Shown: in pieces, positions 12,951 to 27,101 of the stretch
How the letters are laid out: each line of letters starts with the position of its first letter
Numbering within the stretch: the stretch's first letter is position 1
From: Eledone cirrhosa
Taxonomy: Eukaryota
DNA: 64,000 nt
Direction of reading: 5' to 3'
Assembly (NCBI GenBank): GCA_964016885.1
Contig: OZ024744.1
Location: forward strand, 46,438,001-46,502,000
The notes under the pieces: generated by a model
Seen by the model: the letters and a program-made list of their open reading frames with translations, nothing else
Told to the model about the DNA's origin: nothing
The model's database searches: none
Made by a program: the position numbers and the translations under genes

Positions 12951-13659
12951 TATTCCTTTATATCTCTTTCTCACTTCCTTTCTGTCACACTCTCTATCCT
13001 CTAGAAGAAATCTGCTGCATTCAGCCGTGGATAGGAGATGGGCACCGCCAATTTTAAAATGCCCTATAAACGCCGTATCTTAGTAAGGTGTCCCTACAAC
13101 TACCTTAGGAATTACGGGTTAAAAACGTGATTCACAGAAGTATGCACCCCAGTCGGTTGCCTAGTTGGACTTAATAATAACACTGGCTCTTCTTGCTGGA
13201 AATCTCAAGATCCCGTATTTAGTGAGACTGCATGTCGTTATTTCATTTCAATTATATTTATATTAACAGAGGAATTAAAGTATAGAACTGAAAAATAAAA
13301 TTACTCTACTCTAGCAACTTTGACGTACATACGGTCCGGTTCCTGCTGAAGAATACTTTCACCCTACTGAAGCTTTTGTATATCTTTCGTAGTGATACCT
13401 GTTACAGTTACCCCTCATCTCACTGTGTGGTTTAGAGGAGATATGTAATGTTCAGTTTGAAGACATAAAATTACAATAGGTCTCATTACCTCTGAAATAC
13501 TATGGTCTTGGTGTCCGCTCTCTAGTTTCATTGTCATTGCCGGCATTTCTTTCGTCTTTGACCACATGTCGTACCCCCTGATCAATAAAGTCTTCCACAA
13601 CACCTGAGTGCTAACTATGATCAGGTAACAGGAGGTGGTTTATGTGACTTGGAGCCAAC

Positions 13660-14150
13660 TTGTCTTCCATTCTGTGGACATCCAGTCTCCCTTCTTCTCT
13701 ATGGGTGTCCAGTTTCCCTCCAATCTATGTACGACCAATAACCGCTCCACACTGTATACCTCAAGTCTCCCTCAACTCTGATGACGTCCAGCCCCCACTA
13801 TACTCTGTGGACTTCCAATCTCCTCTCCAATCCCTCTACTCCGTAAACCTCAAGTCTCCCCTCCACTATATAGACGTCCAATCACCCCTTTTCTCTCTAG
13901 TCGTCAAGTCTCCCCCTCCAATCTTGACATCAGTCTCATATCCACGCTGTCGATTTCCAGTCTCCCCTCCACAGATGACGTCCAATCTCCCCTACACTCA
14001 GTGAATGTCCAGTCTTCCCTCCACTCAGTGAATGTCCAGTCTCCCCTCCACTCAGTGAATGTTCAGTCTCACCTCCACACTACAGACATCCGGTCCCCAC
14101 TTCACTCTATGGTCTTCCAGTCTCTCCAAAATTAATGGTATACAATCCAA
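13660..14150. repeat. Degenerate ~27-30 bp C-rich minisatellite
   Basis: Repeated CTCCCCTCCACTCAGTGAATGTCCAGT-like units. Confidence 0.75.
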
Positions 14151-16209
14151 TGTGACAAGTATTCGGATTGTCTTGTACACCTGCCTGACCAGCATCATCT
14201 GACATGTTACCATTCTACCTCCAAACCCCATAGTGGTGCAGCACAAAATAACAGGACAAGTTATTCATTTTATTCCCAGTATTATAACTTCTTAATACAT
14301 ATGTTAATTAATTACCAGCACTAGCGCTAATTATATGCAAATTAGTATGTCCATTTCAGAAAAATATTAATAGTGAATGGGTATATATACCTAAGAAATA
14401 TATACTTCATTGTGGTTGATTGATATAAACGCAGTCTGATGAGGGTCGGATTAGATCAGAAAATCGATTAAAGATGTTTATCATTCTTTCAATTTACAAG
14501 GAAATTCGTATTTTCTGGGATGTTTACATGCTTATAGTTTAGATATGTGTTGTAGTCTCGGTTATAGACTCTGTGTTCATAGATATAACTTTGTTGTACA
14601 CTTCGCCTGCTACCGCACTTCTCTCTCTCTGTCTCTGTCTCTGGGTGTGTGTGTGTGTGTGTGTGATAACGAAACGAAACTATCGAATAGTTTCGGTCGT
14701 TTTCTCACTCACTCACTCAATAATTTTATCAAGTCAGTATCATTAAGACGGCAACCCAAGAATATTAGAGTACACAATTATACGATAATTAGTGCGAATC
14801 CATCTGCTTGTGGCGGTCCAAATGGAACTACCGTGTGCAGAAATTAGGTAACGTTAGTAAACATCACGTAAGTAGCCTGAGTCGCATCATCAGCAGGGAT
14901 TAGCTTTACTGAAACGGATAGTTCTCACCAGCTATTCACCACACTACTCCGATGGACATTGGCCAGTGTAGTAGGGTAGTCTTTCAGTGGCATCTGACTT
15001 GTAACCAAAGAAGAGGTAAGCTAGTCCAGACAGTTTGCAGGGAACACAATGGCACAGATTCGAATTGAAAAAAATGAACGGGCCATGAAGCACTTAACAA
15101 GAGCTTTCATAGAGAAAGCAAAGATATATATATATATGTATATATATATGTATATATTTACATTATCATATCTCATGCTATACTATCTAAGAAGTTTGTT
15201 TATTTGTTGGCAGCAACACGATATCCTGAATAGATTTGGTAATAATTAATGTATTCTCTGAAACTGCCCCCCCCCCCTCTCACTGTATCTTTCTTTATCT
15301 CTCTAATTGGTTGAATTTTGATCGATATTTTGGATATTATTTTAATAATCTCTGTGTCTAGTTACGGCCTTCTGCGTGATAGGTTGAAACTTACCTGTAT
15401 CTAATTAAACCCTTCTGTGTGCTAGGTTCAAACCCCGCTGGTTGGACTTTACCTTTTCATACCTCTATTGATGATAACACAATGTCATTCATTTAAATGA
15501 AAAACCTAATGACATTCATAGACGAAATGGTTTTGTCTGTATATGTACTCAGGAAGATTTAATCAACTACTTCCTTCCCCTTCAAACTCTGACCTTGACT
15601 AATGGAAACAAAGAAAACAAAACACTACGAAGCTACGGATTAGTTTCTCAGTTAAATACTATTAATTAAGAAATACGGAATATGGATCTAGTTTTTTTTA
15701 TAAAAATATTGTGTATATTTCTTAAGGCGGCGAATTGTCAGAATCATGATAACGTTAGATGAAATGATTTGCAGTATTCGTTCAGACTCTCTACTCTCTG
15801 GGTTCAAATCCTGCAAAGGTCAACTTTACCCTTCGTCCATTTAAGGTCGATAAAAAAGTACCAGTCAAGTACTGGGGTGGATTAGTAGTATCGGTAGAGT
15901 GTTGGATAACATACTTTGGTGCATAGAATTCACACATCCCACCCAGGTTAGCTTTGCCTTTCTATGTGCGCGAGTATGTTTTGTACACATACATCTATAT
16001 ATATTTGTATATATATATGTATATATATATATATATATTAAAATAACAGATTAAAGTTTAAGCAAAGAATTGCTGCTTTCACCCTTAACGGGATCTTCTG
16101 AAATTAACAAAGTCAATCTGTGAACGCAGAAGTGAATATTTCAAAAAACGTTGCAACCGGAGGAAGACAGGAAGACGATACTTTGGATTTTAGTCTTCAA
16201 ATTTATTAA

Positions 16210-16297
<88 letters not shown>

Positions 16298-16479
16298 AGT
16301 GTGTGTGTGTAGATATATATAGATATATATAGTTTTCAATATTTTTCTTCCAGGTTTAGTTGTTTGTTGATGACAATTAGAAAATATGTCATATCGAATG
16401 AATAGAAGGAAGCACACACACACGTACACCGGGTCCGAATGAAGAGGAGCCGAACTGCGACTGTCATCACCTCCATCTC

Positions 16480-17070
16480 TCTCGCCCTCCCATCTCGTGC
16501 TGGCCACCCCACGACCAGAATGGAAAAGACAAGGATGGTGAGGGAGATGCGCTGGAAGTGCAATTCTATCTCGCGAGGCTCACACCTGCGGCCAGCCGGC
16601 TCAGCGCTTATGATGGTGAGTAGGGAGATAGCCCTAGGGCCAAGGACACCAGAAGTCTTCACTGCTAGGGGCTCGATTGCAAACCTGTCTGAGAGTGAGC
16701 GATACTTGGAGAGTTTACCCTCTTCAGCCCGAACTGCAGCAGAGTCTGGGTTAGTTACAGACTGCACCAGGTTGCCGCTGGAGAATGTGTCGCTGCATGT
16801 GGCATCTCAGACAAGGGTTTACCTCCGCGGAACAGGAAGATGGTCAAGCCGTTTGGCTTTTTGCCATCCCCTGATCCAAGCCCACCGGCTGGAGCTGGAA
16901 GGCAACGCCTGCAGCATCCAAACCATGTGTTATGGCTTTGTTGAAAGCAGCATGGCATTGAAACCGGCCGGCACTCTACCAACAGGTAAGCGAGTGGAGA
17001 CCGAAAGAGTCTACGGCGACATTTGTGTAGCTTGCAGATATGGAGGCCAAGCTTCAGGGAAACTCCGATA
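16480..17070 (-). mobile_element. CRE-like LINE 3' fragment (RLE)
   Basis: Minus frames: GDGKKPNGLTIF.FRGGKPL...AAVRAEEGKLSKYRSLSDRFAIEPLAVKTSGVLGP...FQRISL. Confidence 0.8.
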
Positions 17071-17821
17071 GGTATGGTTTCATTGTTTAGTTGCGGTTCC
17101 ATATCTCGTAGGGACCCTCACGTTCCTCGATTTCATTGGGTTCCATAAGACTGATACGGGAAAGATTACTGTAGAATATATACAGTTTAAAAACAATTTA
17201 AAAAGCGGTTTTGTGGGGTATTTCTAGAAACCATATTTAGACAACAAGCCGTTTCTTTTTTTTTTGTTTTTCTTTTTTCTTTTTTCTTTTTTCTTTCTTT
17301 TTTCTTTTTTCTTTTTTCTTTTTTCTTTTTTCTTTTTTCTTTTTTCTTTTTTCCTTTTTACGAGATAAAGAAAAAAACGAAACCCTCTCGTGATAAATGT
17401 TATCGACGATATTGTTAAAGACTATATGAAAACATCTGATACCAAATATTACACAACTAATGCATGTTTGTATACAGCTGCTATCACACTTGAAACATCT
17501 AGGAGATACAGGCTGTCGACATATTAAAAGCTGGGAACAAAACTTGGGCGAAACAACTACAACTTAAATTGTAGAATAGGACTTTTAGATAACGTAATTT
17601 TTTTTATTGAAGAATATAATTTATTGAAGCGTAACCGTCAACATGTTACAAATAGAAAAATCACACCCAAGACCGGCAATACCATTTAGGCCAACTATAC
17701 AGCCACCTAGGGAGCAGACCATAGTGAGGTACATTACTGTGCCTTAAATGATTACAATCTACAAATATAATAACCGTGTGTATTTGTTCGTAACGCAGTA
17801 GAGATAATAGAGGAAGGAAGA

Positions 17822-18260
17822 AATATACATACATTCACACAAAAATACATTCATTCACATATACATTTACACAAATGTACGTTCACACAAACATACATAC
17901 ATTCACACATACTTTCACACAAATATACATATATCCACACATACTTTCACACAAATATACATACATTCACACAAACATACATACATTCACATATACTTTC
18001 ACACAAATATACATACATTCACACATACTTTCACACAAATATACATTCATTCACACATACTTTCACACAAATATACATACTTTCACACAAATATACATAC
18101 ATTCATACATATATAATGTTTAGAACCCTACATTCATACATATAAATTTACACAAATATACATACATTCATACATATACATTTACACAAACATTCATACA
18201 TCCACACATACTTTCACACAAACATACATACATTCAAACATATACATTTACACACATATA
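17822..18260. repeat. ~30-bp CA/TA-rich minisatellite
   Basis: Units like CACACATACTTTCACACAAATATACATACATT. Confidence 0.8.
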
Positions 18261-19821
18261 TAGTCACGATAGCGTTCGGTGAAATGGAAATGGGAGGGTA
18301 ATACAAGTATAACGTTTTATTTATTTATTAACTCTTTATTTAAAAACGCCTTTAATATAATGGTTACAGAAGGAAAACACTAACACATAAAATATACAAA
18401 GAAATAAGTGGGTGAAGAAGAAGATATTGTCAATTTACTTTTCGTATGAATTTACGTTAACTATTTTTCCATCTTGACGTTATAGTCACTTATATATTAT
18501 GAAATACTGTTGGCTTCACGCTCACAACAATTTCTATACTTTAATTTATATATATACTCGGAATTCTCCTAGAGTGCTTAAAATTATTTGTGACTAATCC
18601 CGGTCTTTTTTTAATTAAAAAAACCGCGAAAATATTGCTATTTTGCTGAACTCCTTACACTTGTAGAGTTTTTTTCGGAATGTGTTTTGACTGTTGTTTC
18701 ATGTAAACAGACATTCTGACGTCACCAGCCATGTCTCTCCATGTGCGTTTATTTTTCATAATTACGTACGAGTTGAACTAGCCTGTCTTTAAATTACCTT
18801 TTTGACATATTCTACAGTGGTTTTAGGGTTATCGTGTTTGAGCTCTGCTGATGAACGGTTTCATCTGTGACCATCCCCACTGAAAGTATCGCGAAATGGT
18901 CTTTTTAAGACAATACAGAGCATTTGTAGTTTTTCCAAATTGATTGATGAGTATTTAGGCTTTATTTTATTCTGAGTTAAGGCTCTATTGATTTTTCCCT
19001 GGATTTCACAAAATTCTATGGATTAATCTATGTCTTGATTTTTTTTTTATTGAGTTTGAATTATTTTCCCACATCTTACGTTAACTATTTTTCCATCTTG
19101 ACGTTATAGTCACTTATATATTATGAAATACTGTTGGCTTCACGCTCACAACAATTTCTATACTTTAATTTATATATATATATATTTTAGTAAGTAAGTT
19201 AATTTTATAATTTTCTTATTTTACGTCTCTTATATTATTTTTCTGCAACCCCATGCATTGAACCACACTGTTATTAAGACAAAACCTATATATTTGCTAG
19301 CATTGATATGCATCTGTATGTATATATATGTTACTAGATATGAATTCTTTATTATATATATATATATATATTGTTATACTTGGGGAGGGTCATATTTGTG
19401 TAATAATATTGCCAGAATTAATAAGAGAACCACTCACTGTTTGGTTGGTTTTCGCTTGTGTCCTTTATATCGGTTAATTTTATTTATTCGGTCCTCAATG
19501 TTACCATTGACTGACCAACGGTCAAAAATACAGATACAATATAGACACAAACACATATATATAGTCTAACAAAGTTCTTTTGTTGCACATCTGCAACATC
19601 GTCAGTGGGGCTATTATGTTTCCCCCCGTTGCATTGTATGCCTACGCCATCTTTATTTAGTCTGTTTATTTATTTATTTGTTTATTTTTTTGTCTTCTCT
19701 GCGCATGCGTTTGCGTGTGTGTATAGTGTTTTGTTTGATATATATATATATAAACATAACCATAATTATAATGATATACACATATAGACAAAAATGTATA
19801 CGTATATACATATATACATAC

Positions 19822-19913
<92 letters not shown>

Positions 19914-20093
19914 ATATATATGTATATGTATGTGTATATGTATATACGTATACATTTTTATCTATATGTGTATATAATTATAATTATGGTTATGTTTATA
20001 TTATAAAACTGTATGTATATATGCTTGTGCGTGTTTATGTATATAAATAACTATTTTTACGTGTGTGTACATATATACATAGGAATGTGTCTG

Positions 20094-20128
<35 letters not shown>

Positions 20129-20202
20129 GCGTATGTGGGTACGTATATATATATATATATATGTGTGTATGTGTGTGTGTGTGTGTGGGTGTATGTGTGT
20201 GG

Positions 20203-20248
<46 letters not shown>

Positions 20249-20254
<6 letters not shown>

Positions 20255-21887
20255 TAATATGTATGTGATGAAACACAGATACCAACACATCTGTATATAT
20301 ATTGCGAAAGAAATATTTAGCCAGATTGAAGTATACTAATTATTATACTACAGTTTGTCCATATCGATTTAAAATAATAAATCAACGGAGACGAACTGTA
20401 TTGGCAAAAGGCCGTGATGTTTAGACACATTTAAATTTCAAAATCAAACCTGTTCCGTAGATAAGTTTAGACTTTAAGATCCAAATATGTTTCTAGTTAA
20501 ATAAGTGTAGGAATATCATGCCCCGCTCTCCTCAGTAAACATCCAGAGACAAATTGATATGCTTCACTTCTAAATAATTTAAAAGACTGCGTGGCGCACA
20601 TGGCTTTACAGTATCTAACTAGTCTCATAACCGTACTGCTAGAAATAACAGTCGTGTGTATGAGGCGGCTTTGCAGCTCAAACTAGGAGCAGATTAAAAT
20701 TAATATGGTAATGAATTCTTTTACAATGGAATCAGCTCGAATGAGGAAAAATATATCCCCTGAGCAGTGTATAAATTAATATGTATGTGATGAAACACAG
20801 ATGCCAACACATCTGTATATATATTGCGAAAGAAAAATTTAGCCAGATTGAAGTATACTAATTATTATACTACAGTTTGTCCATATCGATTTAAAATAAT
20901 AAATCAACGGAGACGAACTGTATTGGCAAAAGGCCGTGATGTTTAGACACATTTAAATTTCAAAATCAAACCTGTTCCGTAGATAAGTTTAGACTTTAAG
21001 ATCCAAATATGTTTCGAATTAAATAAGTGTAGGAATATCATGTCCCGCTCTCCTCAGTAAACATCCAGAGACAAATTGATATGCTTCACTTCTAAATAAT
21101 TTAAAAGACTGCGTGGCGCACATGGCTTTACAGTATCTAACTAGTCTCATAACCGTACTGCTAGAAATAACAGTCGTGTGTATGAGGCGGCTTTGCAGCT
21201 CAAACTAGGAGCAGATTAAAATTAATATGGTAATGAATTCTTTTACAATGGAATCAGCTCGAATGAGGAAAAATATATCCCCTGAGCAGTGTATAAATTA
21301 ATATGTATGTGATGAAACACAGATACCAACACATCTGTATATATATTGCGAAAGAAAAATTTAGCCAGATTGAAGTATACTAATTATTATACTACAGTTT
21401 GTCCATATCGATTTAAAATAATAAATCAACGGAGACGAACTGTATTGGCAAAAGGCCGTGATGTTTAGACACATTTAAATTTCAAAATCAAACCTGTTCC
21501 GTAGATAAGTTTAGACTTTAAGATCCAAATATGTTTCGAATTAAATAAGTGTAGGAATATCATGCCCCGCTCTCCTCAGTAAAAATCCAGAGACAAATTG
21601 ATATGCTTCACTTCTAAATAATTTAAAAGACTGCGTGGCGCACATGGCTTTACAGTATCTAACTAGTCTCATAACCGTACTGCTAGAAATAACAGTCGTG
21701 TATATGAGGCGGCTTTGCAGCTCAAACTAGGAGCAGATTAAAATTAATAAGGTAATGAATTCTTTTACAATTCTTTACCAATGTGTTGGTATCTGTGTTT
21801 CATCACATACATATTAATTTATACACTGCTCAGGGGATATATTTTTCCTCATTCGAGCTGATTCCATTGTAAAAGAATTCATTACCT

Positions 21888-21897
<10 letters not shown>
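20249..21897 (-). mobile_element. 3 x 522-bp non-coding tandem array with a hammerhead ribozyme per unit plus an inverted terminal stub (retrozyme-like or PLE pLTR array)
   Basis: The same AAATTAATAT anchor recurs at 20251, 20773 and 21295; 21781-21897 is an inverted copy of the unit junction; (TA)n on both sides. Confidence 0.85.
20938..21065 (-). ncRNA. Type I hammerhead ribozyme (best copy; sisters at 20416-20543 and 21460-21587)
   Basis: Minus strand: GAUGUUUA-CUGAGGA-G..(stem II)..C-GAAA-(long stem III)-GUC^UAAACAUC; 8-bp stem I, G-C closing pair of stem II, ~25+ bp stem III. Confidence 0.75.
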
Positions 21898-21928
<31 letters not shown>

Positions 21929-22024
21929 AGATGTCAACATGAATGGGCCTATTATTTTTATCTAAAGACATTTTTCCAATTCCATCCCACCCGTCCCCTT
22001 AATCTATTTTATTTCTCATTCTTT

Positions 22025-22059
22025 CTTCTGATGGAGGACTAGCGTCCGAAACGTTAAGG
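22025..22059 (+). ncRNA. Minimal hammerhead-like motif (one extra G in core)
   Basis: CTT-CTGATGGA-GGAC-TAGC-GTCC-GAAACGTTA-AGG, with palindromic stem III AACGTT. Confidence 0.45.
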
Positions 22060-23124
22060 CCCTCTTCCTGCTACATCAAACGTTAATCGAATATATCCCT
22101 TCCATATACTGTACCGATTGTGTTGATATTTCTGTTTACATTTTACATACATATATATATATTTATTATATTTTCCCCCTTTCGTTGTCAACCCATCCCT
22201 TTATGTCTTTTTTATATTTTTATTTATATTTATATGAATAATTTTGGTGAGTATATATGTTGTCTTTATTAATAGATAGATTATTTAAATATTTTTTATA
22301 TATAGTTACGATGAATTTCTTGTTTGCCCTTTCAATATATGTTTGAGAAAAAGGAAGTAGTTCTATTTTATTATAGAAGATTATTTTGTACATTCAATAG
22401 TTGCATCAAGATAGGAATACATTTACAAAATTTATGAAGTTAATGAAATTATACAAAAAATGTTAATATTTATGTAAAGTTTAGTTGTTACTTAGAAGAA
22501 ATATATAAGCGTGTTACATTATAAAGGAAAAGATAACTCCAATATTTCTTAGTTAAAATGGTTAAGTTATATTTACCGTTTATTCTAGAATTTACTTTAA
22601 AAAATATTCTAATTAAGATATATGTAAAATATATGTGAAAAAAAAATTATATATTATTTTATATATGATTTTATAGTATCATACATTACGTATTTTCTAA
22701 GATAAAAATTATTTTGTATATGTATTTAGATAGCATTCCTTATATCTATGAATGTGTTAATGTGTACGGATTTGCAATGTCTATATATTCTTAAAATGTT
22801 GGTACCCTTGAAATATATATAATAAAATAAATATGGTTTTATAAAGATAGTTTCCATTTATTAATATTATTGATATTATACACCAGAAGAAAGACTGTAG
22901 AGTGCTTCGAATCTGTTATAAAAATATTTGTTGAATAACCAACAAATTAAATAACTCTTTTCTTATATATATAGAGAGAGAATTCACAAGAATCAAAGCT
23001 ATGTTCAAAGCATTTATTCCCTTACAATTGTTTCATCCAAACCTAGGCTTGGTGTCTTCGTATATATAACTATAAAAAGTTTTAGTATATACATAACCAT
23101 AAATAGTATCCTTAATATTATATT

Positions 23125-23219
<95 letters not shown>

Positions 23220-23222
<3 letters not shown>

Positions 23223-23845
23223 TGAGTTTCTTGGTCAGTGTCCAAGTCTCAGACCTATACAGCAGCACAGACTCCACTACAGCAACGTAGAGGCAGATCT
23301 TCAGGTCTTTACGAAGGTCCAACTTCCACACCAATCTCAAGCTGTGGCACGCCGCCCAGGCTTTGCTTTTCCTCTCGACCACATCATCTTCAAATTCCCA
23401 ATCTTTGCTCCCAAATAGAGGAAGTCCTCAACCAATTCCAGCGGCGTCCCGCCTACATTAGTAATCTTCTCTGGGTTCTTAATATTCTTGATGGGTGCTA
23501 CACGAGAATGCTGAGGATGGCTCTGAACATTGATCAGTATACTCTGATGATGAAGAACTCAGAGCTGTACGGGAGCCTCCCAAAAAACACCTCAAAAGTG
23601 ACAACAAAGTTGACTGAGGTTAACTGGACATGCTCACCGACATTCAGAGTTGACACTGCATTCAGTGCTCCCGTGGGAGCCCCTGCATGGACACACTGGA
23701 AGAGGAAGACCGAAGTTAACGTATGTTGATGCCCTAAGGACAGCCACTGGTCTGTTGGAGACGCAGGACATGGCAGCGATAATGAGGGACAGAGACCGCT
23801 GGAGAGAACTCGTCCATGGATCTCGGGAATGTTTCCCGCCCTAGA
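23220..23845. mobile_element. RTE/RTEX-like LINE 3' end with inverted 5' part
   Basis: Minus 23220-23460 reads ...VESVLLYRSETWTLTKKL; plus 23480-23845 continues LDGCYTRMLRMAL...GRGRPKLTYVD...DRDRWRELV. Confidence 0.8.
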
Positions 23846-24849
23846 TATAGATATATATATATGACCATAACGCACCAGAGTACTCAATACTTAGAGTAGT
23901 AGGGTGGACAATAGGAAAAAGTATGACCCCGACGGCAGAGCTCAAGCCGTTTTGACGGTTATTTCTGGACTAAATTAGAATTTTTAGTCTGGTAAATAAA
24001 TAGCCGAACTTTTCAAGAGGTACTTCCTGATATGGGAAGATTGTAGTTGTCAAGAGGATTGGTCAAAATTTATTGTAAACACAAATAAGTTTATCATGGC
24101 AGTGGGTGGAAGGTGGGGTGGCGGAACTTGCCTGTAGAACAATGAGGGAGATAGTGGAGCCGGTCAAGCGTTGAAAGTGAAATCTATACGGCAAATTCTA
24201 AGGAATGTGTCAAAAAGTAGGCCAGAGGAGGTAGGCGAAAAAAGGTTTCTGGAGAAAATAGAGGAAGGGACCTTATAGAATGGGTAAATCAATTGAGATT
24301 TGGAGACAATAAAAAACAATTAAAAAAATAAGAGAAAAATATATTAAAATATAAAATTGGATAGTGAGAAGTGATAAAAAACAAAAACTATAGAGTCTAA
24401 AACAGCTGCCATATTCTTGGTGTTGCCTCTTCAGCCAATGCTATAGAATGAGTTGAGAATAGAAGATTCTAAATAAGAATTATTGAAATTGTAGAATTGG
24501 GGAGTAAAAAGTAATATAAAATCTCTGGGACCTAACACAGCTGCTATGATTAGTTAGTGTAGCGTATTCGGCCAATGCTATCTTTAAGTTACTGAGGTGG
24601 GGTTACTGAGGCTACAGAGGTCCGATGGGCTGTCTCGGGGTAGGCGAAAGAGGGAAAAAAAGAACGAGGAAGAAGATCGGTGGTGGAAGGAAGTGATAGA
24701 AGGAGACAAAGGGAAGAAGAAAACATAGAGGAAAAGAAAAGAGGTAAACTACCTATGTAAGCTGGGGTTTCCCCTATATTATTCGGCAAGTGGGGTGTTT
24801 CAGCTCTTGTCTACCCACCCGGATCGTTAGGGGGTTTGAGGGCGAGGTA

Positions 24850-25655
24850 AGTCTTACACAATCTGTGTTTCCATGCAGTTACCAGTTCGTCTTTCAGGGT
24901 AACAGAGGAAGGCAACATTCACACCTGCTTCTATAAAAAAGCCGCCAGCAGGTACCTGTTCGTACATTTCAGATCTGCCTTCCCAGCCGGCGCTAAGCTT
25001 GGATACATATGGAACGAACTAACACGTATCCGGAACAAATGCACCGACGCTAGAGACCGAGACACACACACCACACATTTGCTGGAAGTACTCAAACTGA
25101 ACGGATACACGACATCCACCACAAACCGTGCCAGAAAGAACAGAGGACACCATACCCGAGGCACTAACACTTGCTTCCTGAAGCTCCCACACTTCAGTGA
25201 CGAAACAACAACAGCCATCCGCAGAGCTATCAGACGAGAGGGACTAGATATCCAACTGGCCCACTCAGGTCCTTCTCTACGCGGACAGCTAACCAAAAGA
25301 CACTCCACCAGACATGACAACTGCTGCTGGCTAGCCAACTGCCCCATCAACGACACAGACCTATGCCACCAGGCTTACGTCGTATACAGACTAGAGTGAC
25401 AAATGCAGCAACTTCTACGTAGGAAGCACCACCAGACCACTCCACATAAGAATAAAAGAACACCTCAATAAAAACGCTTCCTCATTTAAAAAACACCTAG
25501 TTAAATGCAAAAACACCGACAAAACCATAACAGTTAGGATAGAGACTAAGGAAAGAAACCTCGGCAATCTTCGAATTAAGGAAGCACTAATTATAGACAA
25601 AACACAACCACCAATCAATAATAGACTAGAACTCAACACCCAATTTATAACTTGA
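24850..25655 (+). mobile_element. Penelope-like element fragment (RT thumb + GIY-YIG endonuclease)
   Basis: LKLNGY, LKLPHFSD, C.LANCPI, VVYRLE..FYVGSTTRPLHIRIKEH...LRIKEALII....PPINNRLE. Confidence 0.85.
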
Positions 25656-26373
25656 TAGAGCTTCTAGCCCCATATTTACACCCCCCCACACCACACACAC
25701 TCACATTCACGTACACACACACACACCAACGCTTACACCACCACTCATTCTCTCTCACACACACATACACACACAAAAACCAGTTCTAACACGAGATAAC
25801 ATCTATCCTCCACATTTACGTATAGACATATCTTCTCACACTCACACACACACTCACATACTTACACATTCATGCATTCTCCCACACACTTAAACAGGCA
25901 TGTACAAAAAACAACAACCTTTTAAAGGGAGACTACTCTTTATCCACCTAACCTTGACATTAGAGATAGAACAGATACTCTATACCATTTCCTGTCAGCA
26001 TGACTTGGCAAGCTATTTAGAACACTGGTTTAACCGCTTTACTTCCCTCAGAAGAAGAGATATTATCTCGAAAATTAAGGACATTTAAACAATTCTAAGG
26101 TAAAAGACTAATTGTCAACAATATCTTTTGCATTTGCATTCTCTATTCTATGTCCATACCTGCATTCTTTTGGCTTTATTATACATATACAAACGTTTAT
26201 ACCTCATTACACAATGCTTCAAGTGAACTATAACCTCCTCCTATATATATATATATTGATATATATAACAAAGGAATTTTGGTACGGAACCAAATGGACC
26301 ATAACGCACCAGAGTACTCAATACTTAGGATAGTAGAGTGGGAAATAGGAAAAAGTATGACCCCGACGGCAGA

Positions 26374-26469
26374 GCTCAAGCCGTTTCGACGGCTATTTCT
26401 GAACTAAATTCATACTTAGTCCAGAAACAGCCGTCAAAACGGCTTGAGCTCTGCCGTCGGGGTCATACT
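26374..26469. repeat. Fold-back hairpin of a pLTR-like terminus (related direct copy at 23863-23975)
   Basis: AGTATGACCCCGACGGCAGAGCTCAAGCCG...CGGCTTGAGCTCTGCCGTCGGGGTCATACT. Confidence 0.75.
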
Positions 26470-26489
26470 CCTCCCCCCTCTCTCTCTCG

Positions 26490-26565
<76 letters not shown>

Positions 26566-26957
26566 CGAAGGAAATGTGAATTAGCCGAATTAGCAGAATT
26601 AGCCGTCGAAACGGCTTGAGCTCAGCTGTCGGGGTCTTACTGGTTCCTATATATATATATATAAATGCAAGTCCGAAGAACTATTAGATAAAATATATAC
26701 AGTATTTCCTCTCTCAATCAGTATAAATTAACCCCATAAATAAATCATTTAAAGGGGGCAATAAGTTTTAAATGTACTTGTGAAGCAGTAATAGACAAAT
26801 GATACAGATTATTTTCCGCGATGTACAGCCATATGACACTTATCTAATTATTTCTTCTAGCCTGTAGAAAATGACTAGACAAATAGTTAACTACACGGAA
26901 TTAGGTACAAAATAGAAGTTTAAAGAAAAAATGAACATACATTTTACCAATATTCTC

Positions 26958-27046
26958 GTAGTCTCGACCACGGTCATTTCGTTCCACTTTTTGGAAATAT
27001 CCGATCTTGAATACATCCACGATGCCTGGAACTCTTCAGGAGATAC
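26958..27046 (-). ncRNA. Type I hammerhead ribozyme motif
   Basis: Minus: GUAUCUC-CUGAAGA-GUUCCA..UGGAAC-GAAA-UGACCGUG-GUC^GAGACUAC. Confidence 0.6.
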
Positions 27047-27101
27047 CTCAGACTGGACTAAGTTTCTTCTACCATGATCCCCGCCAGAAATGAATTCAAA
27101 A

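Noticed and set aside
14745-14897. Minus-strand CUGAUGA with a good 10-bp stem II
   Set aside because: No GAAA follows the stem, so it is at best a dead relic.
19674-20288. YIYI/VCVC ORFs here and elsewhere
   Set aside because: (TA)n and (TG)n microsatellite artefacts.
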